Source: Rhodospirillales bacterium (lineage in GTDB: Bacteria; Pseudomonadota; Alphaproteobacteria; Rhodospirillales; UBA2165). Taken from it: 64,000 bases of DNA. The notes beneath the pieces are model-generated. The model was not told the origin of the DNA, ran no database searches, and was given only the letters and a program-made list of their open reading frames with translations. Location of the stretch: NCBI GenBank assembly GCA_030745835.1, contig JASLNU010000108.1, positions 10,214 through 74,213 of the forward strand, in the 5' to 3' direction. Position numbers and translations under genes: made by a program. Of the stretch, positions 1-8,666 are shown in pieces; position 1 is the stretch's first letter, and every line of letters starts with the position of its first letter.

Positions 1-229
1 CCGTCCTGAGTGCGTCATCGAGCCGCTCCAGGGTGCGCCCGTTGAGATGCACGATCATGTCGTCAAGGTTGGCGAACAGATTATAAAGAGTGCCCGGCGA
101 GTAGCCGATCGCCTCGGCGACATTGCGCGCCGTCAGCGCCCGGAACCCGTCTTTTTCAACGATATTCGCCGCCGCCTCCAGGGCAATATCGTAGAGCTCG
201 TCGCGGCTGTGATCGGAACGTCTGGCCAT
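1..229 (-). CDS. TetR/AcrR family transcriptional regulator (5' part; runs off the window)
   Basis: Manual translation from ATG at 229 gives MARRSDHSRDELYDIALEAAANIVEKDGFRALTARNVAEAIGYSPGTLYNLFANLDD, a classic TetR HTH. Not in the ORF track because it is truncated by the window edge. Confidence 0.9.
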   Translation of the reverse strand, partial: MARRSDHSRDELYDIALEAAANIVEKDGFRALTARNVAEAIGYSPGTLYNLFANLDDMIVHLNGRTLERLDDALRT

Positions 230-245
230 CGTATTTCCTTTAAAA

Positions 246-311
246 TAAACATTGTTCAAAAAATATATTGAACTTCGTTCAAAATCAAGCTATATAATTG
301 AACATTGTTCA
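246..311. promoter_or_regulatory. Three palindromic operators TGAAC-N3-GTTCA, probably bound by the adjacent TetR
   Basis: TAAACATTGTTCA 246-258, TGAACTTCGTTCA 269-281 and TGAACATTGTTCA 299-311 lie in the AT-rich divergent intergenic region. Confidence 0.75.
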
Positions 312-336
312 TTTAATGCGAAATAGGAGATGTTAA

Positions 337-525
337 ATGTTCAGGTCCCGGTCAGGTTCGTTCCGCCGAATGGGCGCCACTTTTGCGACCGGCGCGGTGC
401 CGCTGGTCTTGACCGTCATCGCCCTGATCGCCGGCACCATGGGTCTCGGCATGGTCGGCCACTTCTGGAACGGCGTGTTCACCGCCCTGATCTCCTTGGA
501 GCACATGGTCCGGCCGGTATTTTAG
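337..525 (+). CDS. Small hypothetical membrane protein (62 aa)
   Basis: AGGAG RBS 7 nt upstream of the ATG; hydrophobic stretch AVPLVLTVIALIAGTMGLGMVG; divergent from TetR. Confidence 0.55.
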   Translation: MFRSRSGSFRRMGATFATGAVPLVLTVIALIAGTMGLGMVGHFWNGVFTALISLEHMVRPVF

Positions 526-706
526 GGCTATTCCGGCCCGATTTTCGAATTTTTTGTCTGAATTAATGATGTTCCGAACGCCCATTGAATCCAGCCATCA
601 GAATTTTCCGGGTTCTCCCGGTTGACCCTGATTGGCGTCGATGATCAAATTGCCGCTGACTTTTGACCGTTGCCAACCGTAATTTTATCATTTCCAAGAA
701 ATCTCC

Positions 707-1993
707 ATGCCCGACACGACCGTATCCACGACCACATCTTCGCCTCCACCTGCCGGAGCGCACCGGCCGGCGAGCCTGGCCGAGGATGCGTTGACGCCGG
801 AAAAGCTCGCCCTCAAGCGGCGCTTTCCCACCGCCCTCGAGTTGCGCAAGCGAGCCCGCCGCCGGCTGCCAAATTTCGCCTTCGAATATATCGATGGCGG
901 GGCCGGCGCCGATACCGGGATCGACCGCAATTGGGCGGCGCTCGATGCCGTTGAAATGGTGCCCCGCTACGGCAAGGTGATATCGCCGCCGCCGACAGAT
1001 ATTGAATTGTTCGGCCAACCTTATTCGGCGCCCGTCGGGATCGCGCCAATCGGCGGCCCCGGAACCGGCTTCCCCGGCGCCGAAACGTACCTCGCGCGCG
1101 CGGCGCAAGCGGCGCGTATCCCTTATAGTCTTGGTGTCGTTTCCGCCATCACCATCGAGCAGGCGGTGGAATTGGCGCCGGACGTCACCTGGCTGCAACT
1201 CTACCGGTTTGCCCGCAATGAACATAAAATCGGCCTCGATCTGGTGCGCCGCGCCGAAGCCGCCGGCGTCAAGGCGCTGATGCTGACCTGCGATACGCCA
1301 ATGCGCACGACGCGGCCGCGCGAAACCAAGAGCGGCATCATGAATCCGTTCCGGCTGACCAACCGCCTGCGCCTCGACGCCTTGTCGTCGCCGCCATGGC
1401 TGTTTTCGATGCTGCGCAACGGCATTCCGCGCTTCGTCAATTTGCGGACCTATATGGACGGCAATCCGAGCCTTGAAGAGGCCGCCAAATTTATGCGCCG
1501 GGAAGGCGGCGGCGCCTTCACCTGGGAAGAAATTGCGCGCTACCGCGATCATTGGAAGGGCCCCTTGGTGCTGAAAGGCGTGCTCCATCCGGCGGACGCC
1601 GAACGCGCGGTGGCGCTCGGGCTGGACGGCATTGTCGTTAGCAACCACGGCGGCCGCCAAATCGATGCCCTGCCGGCATCGATCGACGCGCTGCCGGCAA
1701 TCGCAGGCACGGTTAGCGGCAAGGCAACCGTCATCCTGGACAGCGGCGTGCGTTCCGGCATCGACGTTGCGCGCGCCGTGGCGCTGGGCGCCGACGCGGC
1801 CTTCGCCGGCAAGGCATTCCTCTGGAGCCTTGGCGCACTCGGCGGCCGCGGGCCGGCGCATATGATCGATCTATTCAAGGACGAGATCGCGGCGAGCTTG
1901 GGACAGCTGGGCTGCCATACGGTGGCCGAACTTCGTTCCGTCAAGGTACGCCACCCGGGCGCCTACCAACCGGACGATTTTACCGGCGATTAA
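707..1993 (+). CDS. FMN-dependent alpha-hydroxy acid oxidase/dehydrogenase (L-lactate/mandelate dehydrogenase family)
   Basis: Motifs FEYIDGGA, WLQLY, LVLKG, SNHGGRQID and DSGVRSG. Confidence 0.92.
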   Translation: MPDTTVSTTTSSPPPAGAHRPASLAEDALTPEKLALKRRFPTALELRKRARRRLPNFAFEYIDGGAGADTGIDRNWAALDAVEMVPRYGKVISPPPTDIELFGQPYSAPVGIAPIGGPGTGFPGAETYLARAAQAARIPYSLGVVSAITIEQAVELAPDVTWLQLYRFARNEHKIGLDLVRRAEAAGVKALMLTCDTPMRTTRPRETKSGIMNPFRLTNRLRLDALSSPPWLFSMLRNGIPRFVNLRTYMDGNPSLEEAAKFMRREGGGAFTWEEIARYRDHWKGPLVLKGVLHPADAERAVALGLDGIVVSNHGGRQIDALPASIDALPAIAGTVSGKATVILDSGVRSGIDVARAVALGADAAFAGKAFLWSLGALGGRGPAHMIDLFKDEIAASLGQLGCHTVAELRSVKVRHPGAYQPDDFTGD

Positions 1994-2009
1994 TCCGGCA
2001 GGTTTCCGT

Positions 2010-4292
2010 TCACTTCAAATCCAGAACCCGGCGGGCGATGATATTGCGCTGAATCTCGCTGGTGCCGCCGGCGATGGTGGAACGCCGGGCGCGCAGGAAA
2101 TTGGACGCCGCATCGAACGAGCCGTCCTCGGGCTTGTGCGGTAATAGAAGCGCGCCGTCGCTGCCATAGGCTTCGATCATCAGATCGGCCAGGCGCTGCT
2201 CGCTTTCGGTGCCCAATAGCTTGACGTAGGACGCGTCGGGCCCCAATTCGCGCTCAGCCTGGTGGGTCGCGACGATCCCGGCGAAGGCGGCGGAGATGGC
2301 CAGAACCTCCAATTCCGCCCGCATCAGCCGTTCGCGGAACGCCGGGTCCTCGATGGCGCCGTTGGTCCGCGCCTTTTCCTTGATCCGCCGCAGCGCCTGA
2401 ATATTGATGCGCGGATTGGCGCTGCCGGCGCGTTCGTTGGCGAGCAATGCCGTCGCCACGCCCCAGCCCTTGTGCATCTCGCCAACGATGTTTTTCAAGG
2501 GCACGCGCACGTCGTCCAAAAACACCTCGGCATATTCATCCTCGTCGGGCAAGGTCTGGATGCCGCGCGCCGTGATGCCCGGCGTCGACATATCGACCAG
2601 GATGAAGCTGATGCCTTGCTGCTTCTTGGGCGCGTCCGGGTCGGTGCGCACCAGGGCGAACATCCAATCGGCCAGGTGGCCCCAGGTGGTCCAGATTTTC
2701 TGGCCGTTGATGACCAGGTGATCGCCGTCGATAACGCCCGAGGTTCTGAGGCTGGCCAGGTCCGATCCGGCACCCGGCTCCGAATAGCCCTGGCACCACA
2801 GCACATCGCCCGACACCATGCCCGGCAGGTGTGTCTTTTTTTGCTCGTCGTTGCCGAAGCGCAGCAGGATCGGCCCGAGATGGTTGATCGCCTGGGCCGA
2901 AATTTCAGGCGCCCCGATACGCGCCATTTCGTCGGCGAGGATGATCTGCTCGCTTAAGGAAGCATTCATGCCCTGCCATTCCTTGGGCCAGGCCGGCGCC
3001 ACCCAGCCCTGGCCGTGAAGCTGCTTGTGCCACCACATGGAATCTTCGGCGTTTGGGCGCGTCGGCAGGTTGCGCAGCCTTTCCGGCAGCGCCTTTTCCA
3101 GCCAAACGCGCACGTCTTGGCGGAACGCGGCTTCGTCATCGCTATCGACGCGGAAGTGGGGAATCTCGGCGTCGGCGTCGTTGTGCGCCGATAATGCATG
3201 CTCCGTATAACGTTTCAGATGCGCCGGCGGCGGGCCATAGAGCGCCGACACCGCCATGGCGCGCTTTAAATAGAGCCCGATATCATGCTCGTCGGTGAAG
3301 CCGATGGCGCCATGCAGTTGAATACAGGAATTGCACACCTCGATCACTGCCGGCCCGGCCTTGGCCTTGGCCGCCGAGGCCAGCCAATCGGCGTGGCCGT
3401 CGTCCCGGTCCGAAAAGCCGGCGGCCTCGAAGACCAGGGCGCGAGCCGATTCCACCAACATGAAGTTATCGACGGCGCGGTGCTGCAACGCCTGGAAGGC
3501 GCTCAAGGTGCGCCCGAACTGGCTGCGGGTCTTCAGGTATTCATTGGTCATTTCCTGGGCCGCGTCCATCACTCCGATCAGCTCCGCCGACAGGCCCAAT
3601 TGAATGACCGTATCCAGCCGCCGGCGTAAGAGCGCCGCGGCATCGCCCCGGGCCAGCACCGCCGCCTCGGCAACCGGTACCTCGCCCAAGCTAACGACGC
3701 CCAACGGGCTGCCATCGATGTTTCGCGCGGCCTCGGCGGAAAGGCCGGGCGCATCGGCCTCGACCAGCACCAGGGCACGGCTTTCGCCTTCGCCGGCATC
3801 GACGATGAAACCATCCGCGTTTGCCGCCGCCGGCACCGCCATCAGGCGGCCGGATAGCTTCAAATCGCCGCCGCTGCCGCCGGTTAGGCCGACCGGGTGC
3901 GCGGCATCGCCCCGGCTGTCGCCTTGCAGGGCGGGGACGATCAGCGCCTCGCCGGCGATGGCGCCGGCCAGGAGTTCGGCAAAGCTTTCACCGCCCTCGG
4001 CCAGGGCGAGGACGCCGGCCGCCGCCGGCACCAGCGGAAAGGTGGCCAGCGCGCGGCCGGCCTGTTCCGCCACCAGGCACAGTTCCAGCGCGCCGAGCCC
4101 GGCGCCGCCGGCACTTTCCGGCGCCAACAGGGCGAGCCAGCCATCGCCGCCGGCGTCGCCCAAGTCCTCAGGGTCGAACCCGGAGGCGCCGTCGCGCAGG
4201 GCGCGCAGCCGGTCTCCACCGCCGTGATCGGCGCCGAAGCGCTGGGCGCTTTCGCGGATCAGCGCCTGGTCTTCGCTGAGTACGGTCTGCAT
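2010..4292 (-). CDS. Fused two-domain acyl-CoA dehydrogenase (760 aa)
   Basis: N-half has RSQFGRTLSAFQALQH and QLHGAIGFTDEH; C-half has WCQGYSEPGAGSDLASL, INGQKIWTT and TIAGGTSEIQRNII. Confidence 0.9.
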   Translation of the reverse strand: MQTVLSEDQALIRESAQRFGADHGGGDRLRALRDGASGFDPEDLGDAGGDGWLALLAPESAGGAGLGALELCLVAEQAGRALATFPLVPAAAGVLALAEGGESFAELLAGAIAGEALIVPALQGDSRGDAAHPVGLTGGSGGDLKLSGRLMAVPAAANADGFIVDAGEGESRALVLVEADAPGLSAEAARNIDGSPLGVVSLGEVPVAEAAVLARGDAAALLRRRLDTVIQLGLSAELIGVMDAAQEMTNEYLKTRSQFGRTLSAFQALQHRAVDNFMLVESARALVFEAAGFSDRDDGHADWLASAAKAKAGPAVIEVCNSCIQLHGAIGFTDEHDIGLYLKRAMAVSALYGPPPAHLKRYTEHALSAHNDADAEIPHFRVDSDDEAAFRQDVRVWLEKALPERLRNLPTRPNAEDSMWWHKQLHGQGWVAPAWPKEWQGMNASLSEQIILADEMARIGAPEISAQAINHLGPILLRFGNDEQKKTHLPGMVSGDVLWCQGYSEPGAGSDLASLRTSGVIDGDHLVINGQKIWTTWGHLADWMFALVRTDPDAPKKQQGISFILVDMSTPGITARGIQTLPDEDEYAEVFLDDVRVPLKNIVGEMHKGWGVATALLANERAGSANPRINIQALRRIKEKARTNGAIEDPAFRERLMRAELEVLAISAAFAGIVATHQAERELGPDASYVKLLGTESEQRLADLMIEAYGSDGALLLPHKPEDGSFDAASNFLRARRSTIAGGTSEIQRNIIARRVLDLK

Positions 4293-4334
4293 CGGCTTAT
4301 CTCCTGTTCACGGCGTTGCTTCCGCCAATTCGCG

Positions 4335-5168
4335 TCATTCGTCTTCCAGACTGACCGGACCCAGGCCGGGGCGGTAGGTCTTTTTATCGAGGAACTCGGT
4401 CATACCGCGCTCGCGCGTACCACCGGGATCGATGGCGCGCAGCGCCAATCCCTTGGTGGCCAGATATTCGTAGGCCATGTTCATGTCCATATCGCCGACA
4501 TTGCTCATCGCCTGCTTGGTGTAGGCGAGCACCACCGGTGATTTTTCCATCAATTCGCGGGCGATGGTGGTCACTTCGTCCTTGAGCCTGTCCTTGGGCA
4601 CGGACAAGGTGGCGATGCCCATCTCCACTGCCTTGATGCCATCAAAGGTACGCCCGGTCATGGCGTAGAACATGGCGTTGCGGTGATTGGCAAGATCGGC
4701 GAAGACCTTGGAGACGTTGCCGCCCGGCAGGATGCCCCAGTTAATCTCGGACAGGCCGAAGGTGGCGTCATCGGCGGTGACGACGATGTCGCAGGCGGCC
4801 AGCGAGCAGAAGGCGCCGCCGAAGCAGAAGCCGTTGACCATGGCGATGGTCGCCTTCTGCGAGGTGGCCACATATTGCGCCCAATGGCGATGCGCCCATT
4901 GTGCTTTGAAGCGGGCCGCCGGATCGTTGTCGGTGGCGCGGAAAAATTCGCGTAGATCCATGCCGGAGCTCCAGCTTTCGCCGCTCCCGGTGAGGACGAT
5001 GATTTTGGCGTCGTCGTCGGTTTCCAATTCGGCGATCACCTCTTCCATATCGTAGTGCAGTTCCGGGTTCATGGCGTTGCGCTTTTCCGGGCGATTGAAC
5101 ATCACCCAGGCGATGCCTTCATCGTCGATCTCGTATTTGACGCAGGCGAGTTCCTTGGATTTGGCCAT
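4335..5168 (-). CDS. p-hydroxycinnamoyl/feruloyl-CoA hydratase-lyase (crotonase family)
   Basis: NRPEKRNAMNP, GMDL, FGLSEINWGILPGG and C-terminal FLDKKTYRPGLG are typical of HCHL/Ech/CouA. Start moved to ATG 5168, which follows an AAGGAG RBS. Confidence 0.88.
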   Translation of the reverse strand: MAKSKELACVKYEIDDEGIAWVMFNRPEKRNAMNPELHYDMEEVIAELETDDDAKIIVLTGSGESWSSGMDLREFFRATDNDPAARFKAQWAHRHWAQYVATSQKATIAMVNGFCFGGAFCSLAACDIVVTADDATFGLSEINWGILPGGNVSKVFADLANHRNAMFYAMTGRTFDGIKAVEMGIATLSVPKDRLKDEVTTIARELMEKSPVVLAYTKQAMSNVGDMDMNMAYEYLATKGLALRAIDPGGTRERGMTEFLDKKTYRPGLGPVSLEDE

Positions 5169-5181
5169 CTTCTTTCTCCTT

Positions 5182-5367
5182 TTACTTTGTGGTTTCCATA
5201 TTTCGCGTTCCACCTAATTGACGCATCCGCGGCAATGAACCCTGCCCTTGGAACCCCGGTTCCAGGCACTGCTGCAACGGCCGCCCGCCGATCTTCGAAG
5301 GATCGGCGGCGGCGCCGATGATGGCCACCGCCTTGGGGTAAAAGAAATTCTGCAAAATGTCGGTCAA
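5182..5367 (-). pseudogene. 61-aa stub of an NDP-forming acyl-CoA synthetase (N-terminal CoA-binding domain)
   Basis: MTDILQNFFYPKAVAIIGAAADPSKIGGRPL matches the start of ~700-aa acetate-CoA ligase family proteins. The stop lies just before the hydratase RBS. Confidence 0.75.
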
Positions 5368-5540
5368 GGCTACCCCGGTTTATGTTTTATGGTTCGCCGC
5401 TGTATGTTCCTACATTTCCCGAGCCGCGACAAATAGATAAGGGTGCCGGCCCCCGCCATCCATCCGCGCATGCCTTGTTTGCGGTGAAAATTTGCTGAAC
5501 AATTGCGTAAAGTGAAACCCAACCGGGAGAATACAGCCAG

Positions 5541-6089
5541 ATGGCCAGATTGAAGACGCTCGCCTACGAGGAAATGACCGAGGCGCAGCAGCGTGCCCAT
5601 GACGACATTCTCGCCGGTCCGCGTACCCGCATTGTCGGGCCGATGAACGCTTGGTTCCGCAGCCCCGAACTAGCCGGTTTGGCGCAAAGGCTGGGCGCCT
5701 TCTGCCGTTTCTCGACGTCCTTGCCGCCGCGTCTTTCGGAACTGGCGATCCTCATCATCGCGCGTCAATGGACGGCGCAGATCGAATGGTGGGCACATAA
5801 GCCGCTGGCGCTGGAGGCCGGCCTTAACGAAGCCGTCGCCGACGCCATCGCCAAGCGCCAACGCCCCGAATTCGAAAACCAGGACGAAGAAGTCCTCTAC
5901 GATTTCTCGACCGAGCTGATCGAAACCAAGGCGGTGTCGGACCGAACCTACGCCGCCGCGCTCGCCGAGTTTGGAGAAAAAACAGTGGTCGAACTGATCG
6001 CTGTCCTCGGCTATTACACATCGGTCGCCATGGTGTTGAACAGTTTTCAGGAACTGCCCGCCGACGGCAGTATGCCGCTCGATGACTGA
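5541..6089 (+). CDS. Carboxymuconolactone decarboxylase (AhpD-like) family protein
   Basis: GPMNAWFRSPELA, LSELAIL, EWWAH and VVELIAVLGYY motifs. Confidence 0.85.
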   Translation: MARLKTLAYEEMTEAQQRAHDDILAGPRTRIVGPMNAWFRSPELAGLAQRLGAFCRFSTSLPPRLSELAILIIARQWTAQIEWWAHKPLALEAGLNEAVADAIAKRQRPEFENQDEEVLYDFSTELIETKAVSDRTYAAALAEFGEKTVVELIAVLGYYTSVAMVLNSFQELPADGSMPLDD

Positions 6090-6118
6090 ACCGGCATATC
6101 AATCCTCTATGGGAGAGC

Positions 6119-6874
6119 GTGATGGAGCTTAACCTCAATGGACGTTGGGCGCTGGTGACCGGCGGATCGAAGGGTATCGGGCTGGCCTGCGCCAAGGCGC
6201 TGGCGGCAGAAGGCTGTAACCTGCATCTGGCGGCGCGCACGGCGGCGGATTTGGAAAAAGCGCGGGATGACATCGCCGCGGGCTACAACGTGGCGGTCAA
6301 TACCTATGCGACCGATCTCAGCGAAACGGACGGGCGCGCCGGTCTAGTCAAGGATGTGGGCGATTTGGATATTCTGATCAACAATGCGGGCGCCATACCG
6401 GGCGGCAATATCACCGATTTGAGCGACGATGTCTGGCGCCAGGCCTGGGAATTGAAGGTGTTCGGCTATATCGATATGGCGCGCATGATCTTTCCCGTCA
6501 TGTGCAAAAAAGGAACCGGCGTCATCATCAACGTGGCCGGCATCGCTGGCAAGCTGGCGATGCCCGACTATGTTGCCGGCGCCACCGGCAATGCCGCGCT
6601 GATCAACTTTTCCCGCTCCCTTGGGGTCGCCGGCGCCGGGCAGGGGGTGCGCGTCGTCTGCATCAATCCCGGCCCGACCCTGACCGACCGGCTGATGTAT
6701 CTGCGCCGGCTGACGGCGGAAAAGGAATTTGGCGATCCGGAACGGCACGGCGAACTGCCGGCCAATTCGCGCCTGGGACGGCCGGCCGAGCCCGAGGAAG
6801 TGGCCGACCTGGTGGTGTTTTTTGCGTCCGAGCGGGCATCGTTCATGACCGGCAGCGTCATCGACATGGAATGA
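6119..6874 (+). CDS. Short-chain dehydrogenase/reductase
   Basis: TGGSKGIG, NNAG and INPGP motifs. The active-site region YVAGATGNAAL lacks the canonical YxxxK. Confidence 0.88.
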   Translation: MMELNLNGRWALVTGGSKGIGLACAKALAAEGCNLHLAARTAADLEKARDDIAAGYNVAVNTYATDLSETDGRAGLVKDVGDLDILINNAGAIPGGNITDLSDDVWRQAWELKVFGYIDMARMIFPVMCKKGTGVIINVAGIAGKLAMPDYVAGATGNAALINFSRSLGVAGAGQGVRVVCINPGPTLTDRLMYLRRLTAEKEFGDPERHGELPANSRLGRPAEPEEVADLVVFFASERASFMTGSVIDME

Positions 6875-6933
6875 GACCCGCCATCCAATGCGGGACGGTC
6901 GCTGCCTGCTCGACCGATCAATAATATGGTAAC

Positions 6934-6948
6934 GTCTATAATACAGAC
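6934..6948. promoter_or_regulatory. Imperfect palindrome, possible operator
   Basis: GTCTATAATACAGAC lies in the AT-rich region upstream of the alpha/beta hydrolase. Confidence 0.3.
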
Positions 6949-7073
6949 CCGTTGAACTCGTTGAATAAGGGGGGGATCAAAAATGGCCGATGGTGGGTGA
7001 ATATTAATCCCGGCCTGTTTGATGCCGAGCGAGGCCACGAGGTCCACATAGATATCACCGAGGTTGATTAGCG

Positions 7074-7850
7074 ATGAACAATTCAACAGCCGCGGCGCCC
7101 AGCGCCGCATTCACCGAATCCCATGTCGAAGCCGACGGCTTCAATATCAGATACCTGGAGGCCGGCAACGGCGCGCCGCTGGTTTATATCCACGGCGCCA
7201 GCGGCGTGCGGATGTCGCGCGCCCACGATATCTTGAGCGAAAGCTACCGGGTCGTCGCCATCGAGGTTCCGGGCTTCGGCTTGTCCGCCGCCAACGAGAG
7301 ATCGAAAAACATGGATGATCTGGCATCCAGCCTGAGGGCCGCCGTCGCCGCCATCGGCATCGATGAATACAACCTGATGGGCATGTCCTTCGGCGGCAAG
7401 GTGGTGCTCACCATGGGCCTGCAGGACCCCGAAAAGATCAAGGCGCTGGTGCTGTTGGCGCCGGCCGCCATTCGGCTCTCGGACGCGCCGCCGCCCGCTG
7501 GCAGCCCCGCCGACATGAAGGCCGCCTTGCACGCTCATCCCGATCAGCATCCGGACCTTCCCAAATATCCCGCCGGCGTCCTCGAAAAGCAGCATGCGCT
7601 GGTCGGCCGCGTCATGGGCCCGCCCCGGGACGAAGCTTTCGAAACCGCCCTCGGCGGATTGCAGATTCCGGTGCTCGCCTGCTTCGGCACCGAGGACAAG
7701 GTGATGCCGCCCGAGGTCGCCGATATCTATGCCGAACTTTTGCCCAACTGCCATCTGATGATGATTTCCGACGCGGCGCACGCGGTCGATGCCGACCGGC
7801 CCGAAGCGGTGGCGTCGGCGGCCGCCGATTTCCTCGAGCGCCATAAATAA
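7074..7850 (+). CDS. Alpha/beta fold hydrolase
   Basis: YIHG oxyanion motif, GMSFGG nucleophile elbow, GTEDK acid residue and DAAH His. Confidence 0.88.
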   Translation: MNNSTAAAPSAAFTESHVEADGFNIRYLEAGNGAPLVYIHGASGVRMSRAHDILSESYRVVAIEVPGFGLSAANERSKNMDDLASSLRAAVAAIGIDEYNLMGMSFGGKVVLTMGLQDPEKIKALVLLAPAAIRLSDAPPPAGSPADMKAALHAHPDQHPDLPKYPAGVLEKQHALVGRVMGPPRDEAFETALGGLQIPVLACFGTEDKVMPPEVADIYAELLPNCHLMMISDAAHAVDADRPEAVASAAADFLERHK

Positions 7851-7918
7851 TTCATGGTGCGCCGGGATAACGATATCATCGATCCGTGAACTTTGCAGGG
7901 TGGAAGCCCGGTAACCGT

Positions 7919-8578
7919 TCATCCGGGCCTTTGGATCACCGCCAATGCCTCCGCCATTTTTACCGCCGAGGTGATGCCGTCCAGCACCGGCACGCCGAGG
8001 CTGTCCGAAAACTCGTCGACTTGATCGGCCGCCGCCGCCCCGCCAACGATCAGTACATCGGCGCCGTCATCTTCGATTGCCGCACGGCCGGCTGCCAAGA
8101 TCGAGCGGTTGAGGTCATCCGCATCGGGCGCCGCGCCACCCTCCAGATGGCAAGCCAGGCGGACCCCCGCCAGGCGCGATTGCAAGCCGTAATCGGCCGC
8201 CAGTTTCGGCATCAGGGTAAGCCCGGTTTCCTGAAAACAGATGAACGAAAACCGTGCCCCCAATTGGCAGGCAAAATGCAAGGCCGCTACGGTCATGGCG
8301 GTCACCGGCCTCGGCGTCGACCGGCGGGCCGCGCCCAATCCGGAATCGCTGGATGAGGCAATGACCGCCGCATCGAATCCACCTTCATGCCCGGCCAACA
8401 CTTCCAGCACCGCATCGACCGCATCGGCGCTTTCGGCGGGCGATGAAATATAGGCGGCGCCGTACGGCGCCGTTGCCGCAATAATTTCGGTATCCCGGTT
8501 TGCACACCGCCGGGCGATGCCGGCGATGCGTTCGGTCAGCGACACCGTCGTATTGGGGTTGACGATCAGAAGTTTCAT
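7919..8578 (-). CDS. Asp/Glu/hydantoin racemase family protein (both catalytic Cys positions substituted)
   Basis: N-terminal MKLLIVNPNTT, DGADVLI and LGVPVLDG motifs. Start set at ATG 8578. Confidence 0.82.
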   Translation of the reverse strand: MKLLIVNPNTTVSLTERIAGIARRCANRDTEIIAATAPYGAAYISSPAESADAVDAVLEVLAGHEGGFDAAVIASSSDSGLGAARRSTPRPVTAMTVAALHFACQLGARFSFICFQETGLTLMPKLAADYGLQSRLAGVRLACHLEGGAAPDADDLNRSILAAGRAAIEDDGADVLIVGGAAAADQVDEFSDSLGVPVLDGITSAVKMAEALAVIQRPG

Positions 8579-8607
8579 GATAGCCCGTGCCCGCACTGGT
8601 GATGGCG

Positions 8608-8635
8608 GCGCCTTATAGTCTAGACTATAGGGCGC
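8608..8635. promoter_or_regulatory. 28-bp palindromic operator with a GntR/HutC-type core GTCTAGAC
   Basis: GCGCCTTATAGTCT|AGACTATAGGGCGC has one mismatch and a perfect 16-bp core TATAGTCTAGACTATA. It lies between the divergent racemase and aminotransferase genes. Confidence 0.7.
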
Positions 8636-8666
8636 GGCAGGGGCGAACATTCTCGAAGGTGAAGGA

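Noticed and set aside
563-1861. 432-aa minus-strand ORF, and similar long antisense ORFs such as 15783-16910, 19565-20551, 42684-43826 and 43552-44766
   Set aside because: They lie opposite well-supported genes and have no recognisable domains.
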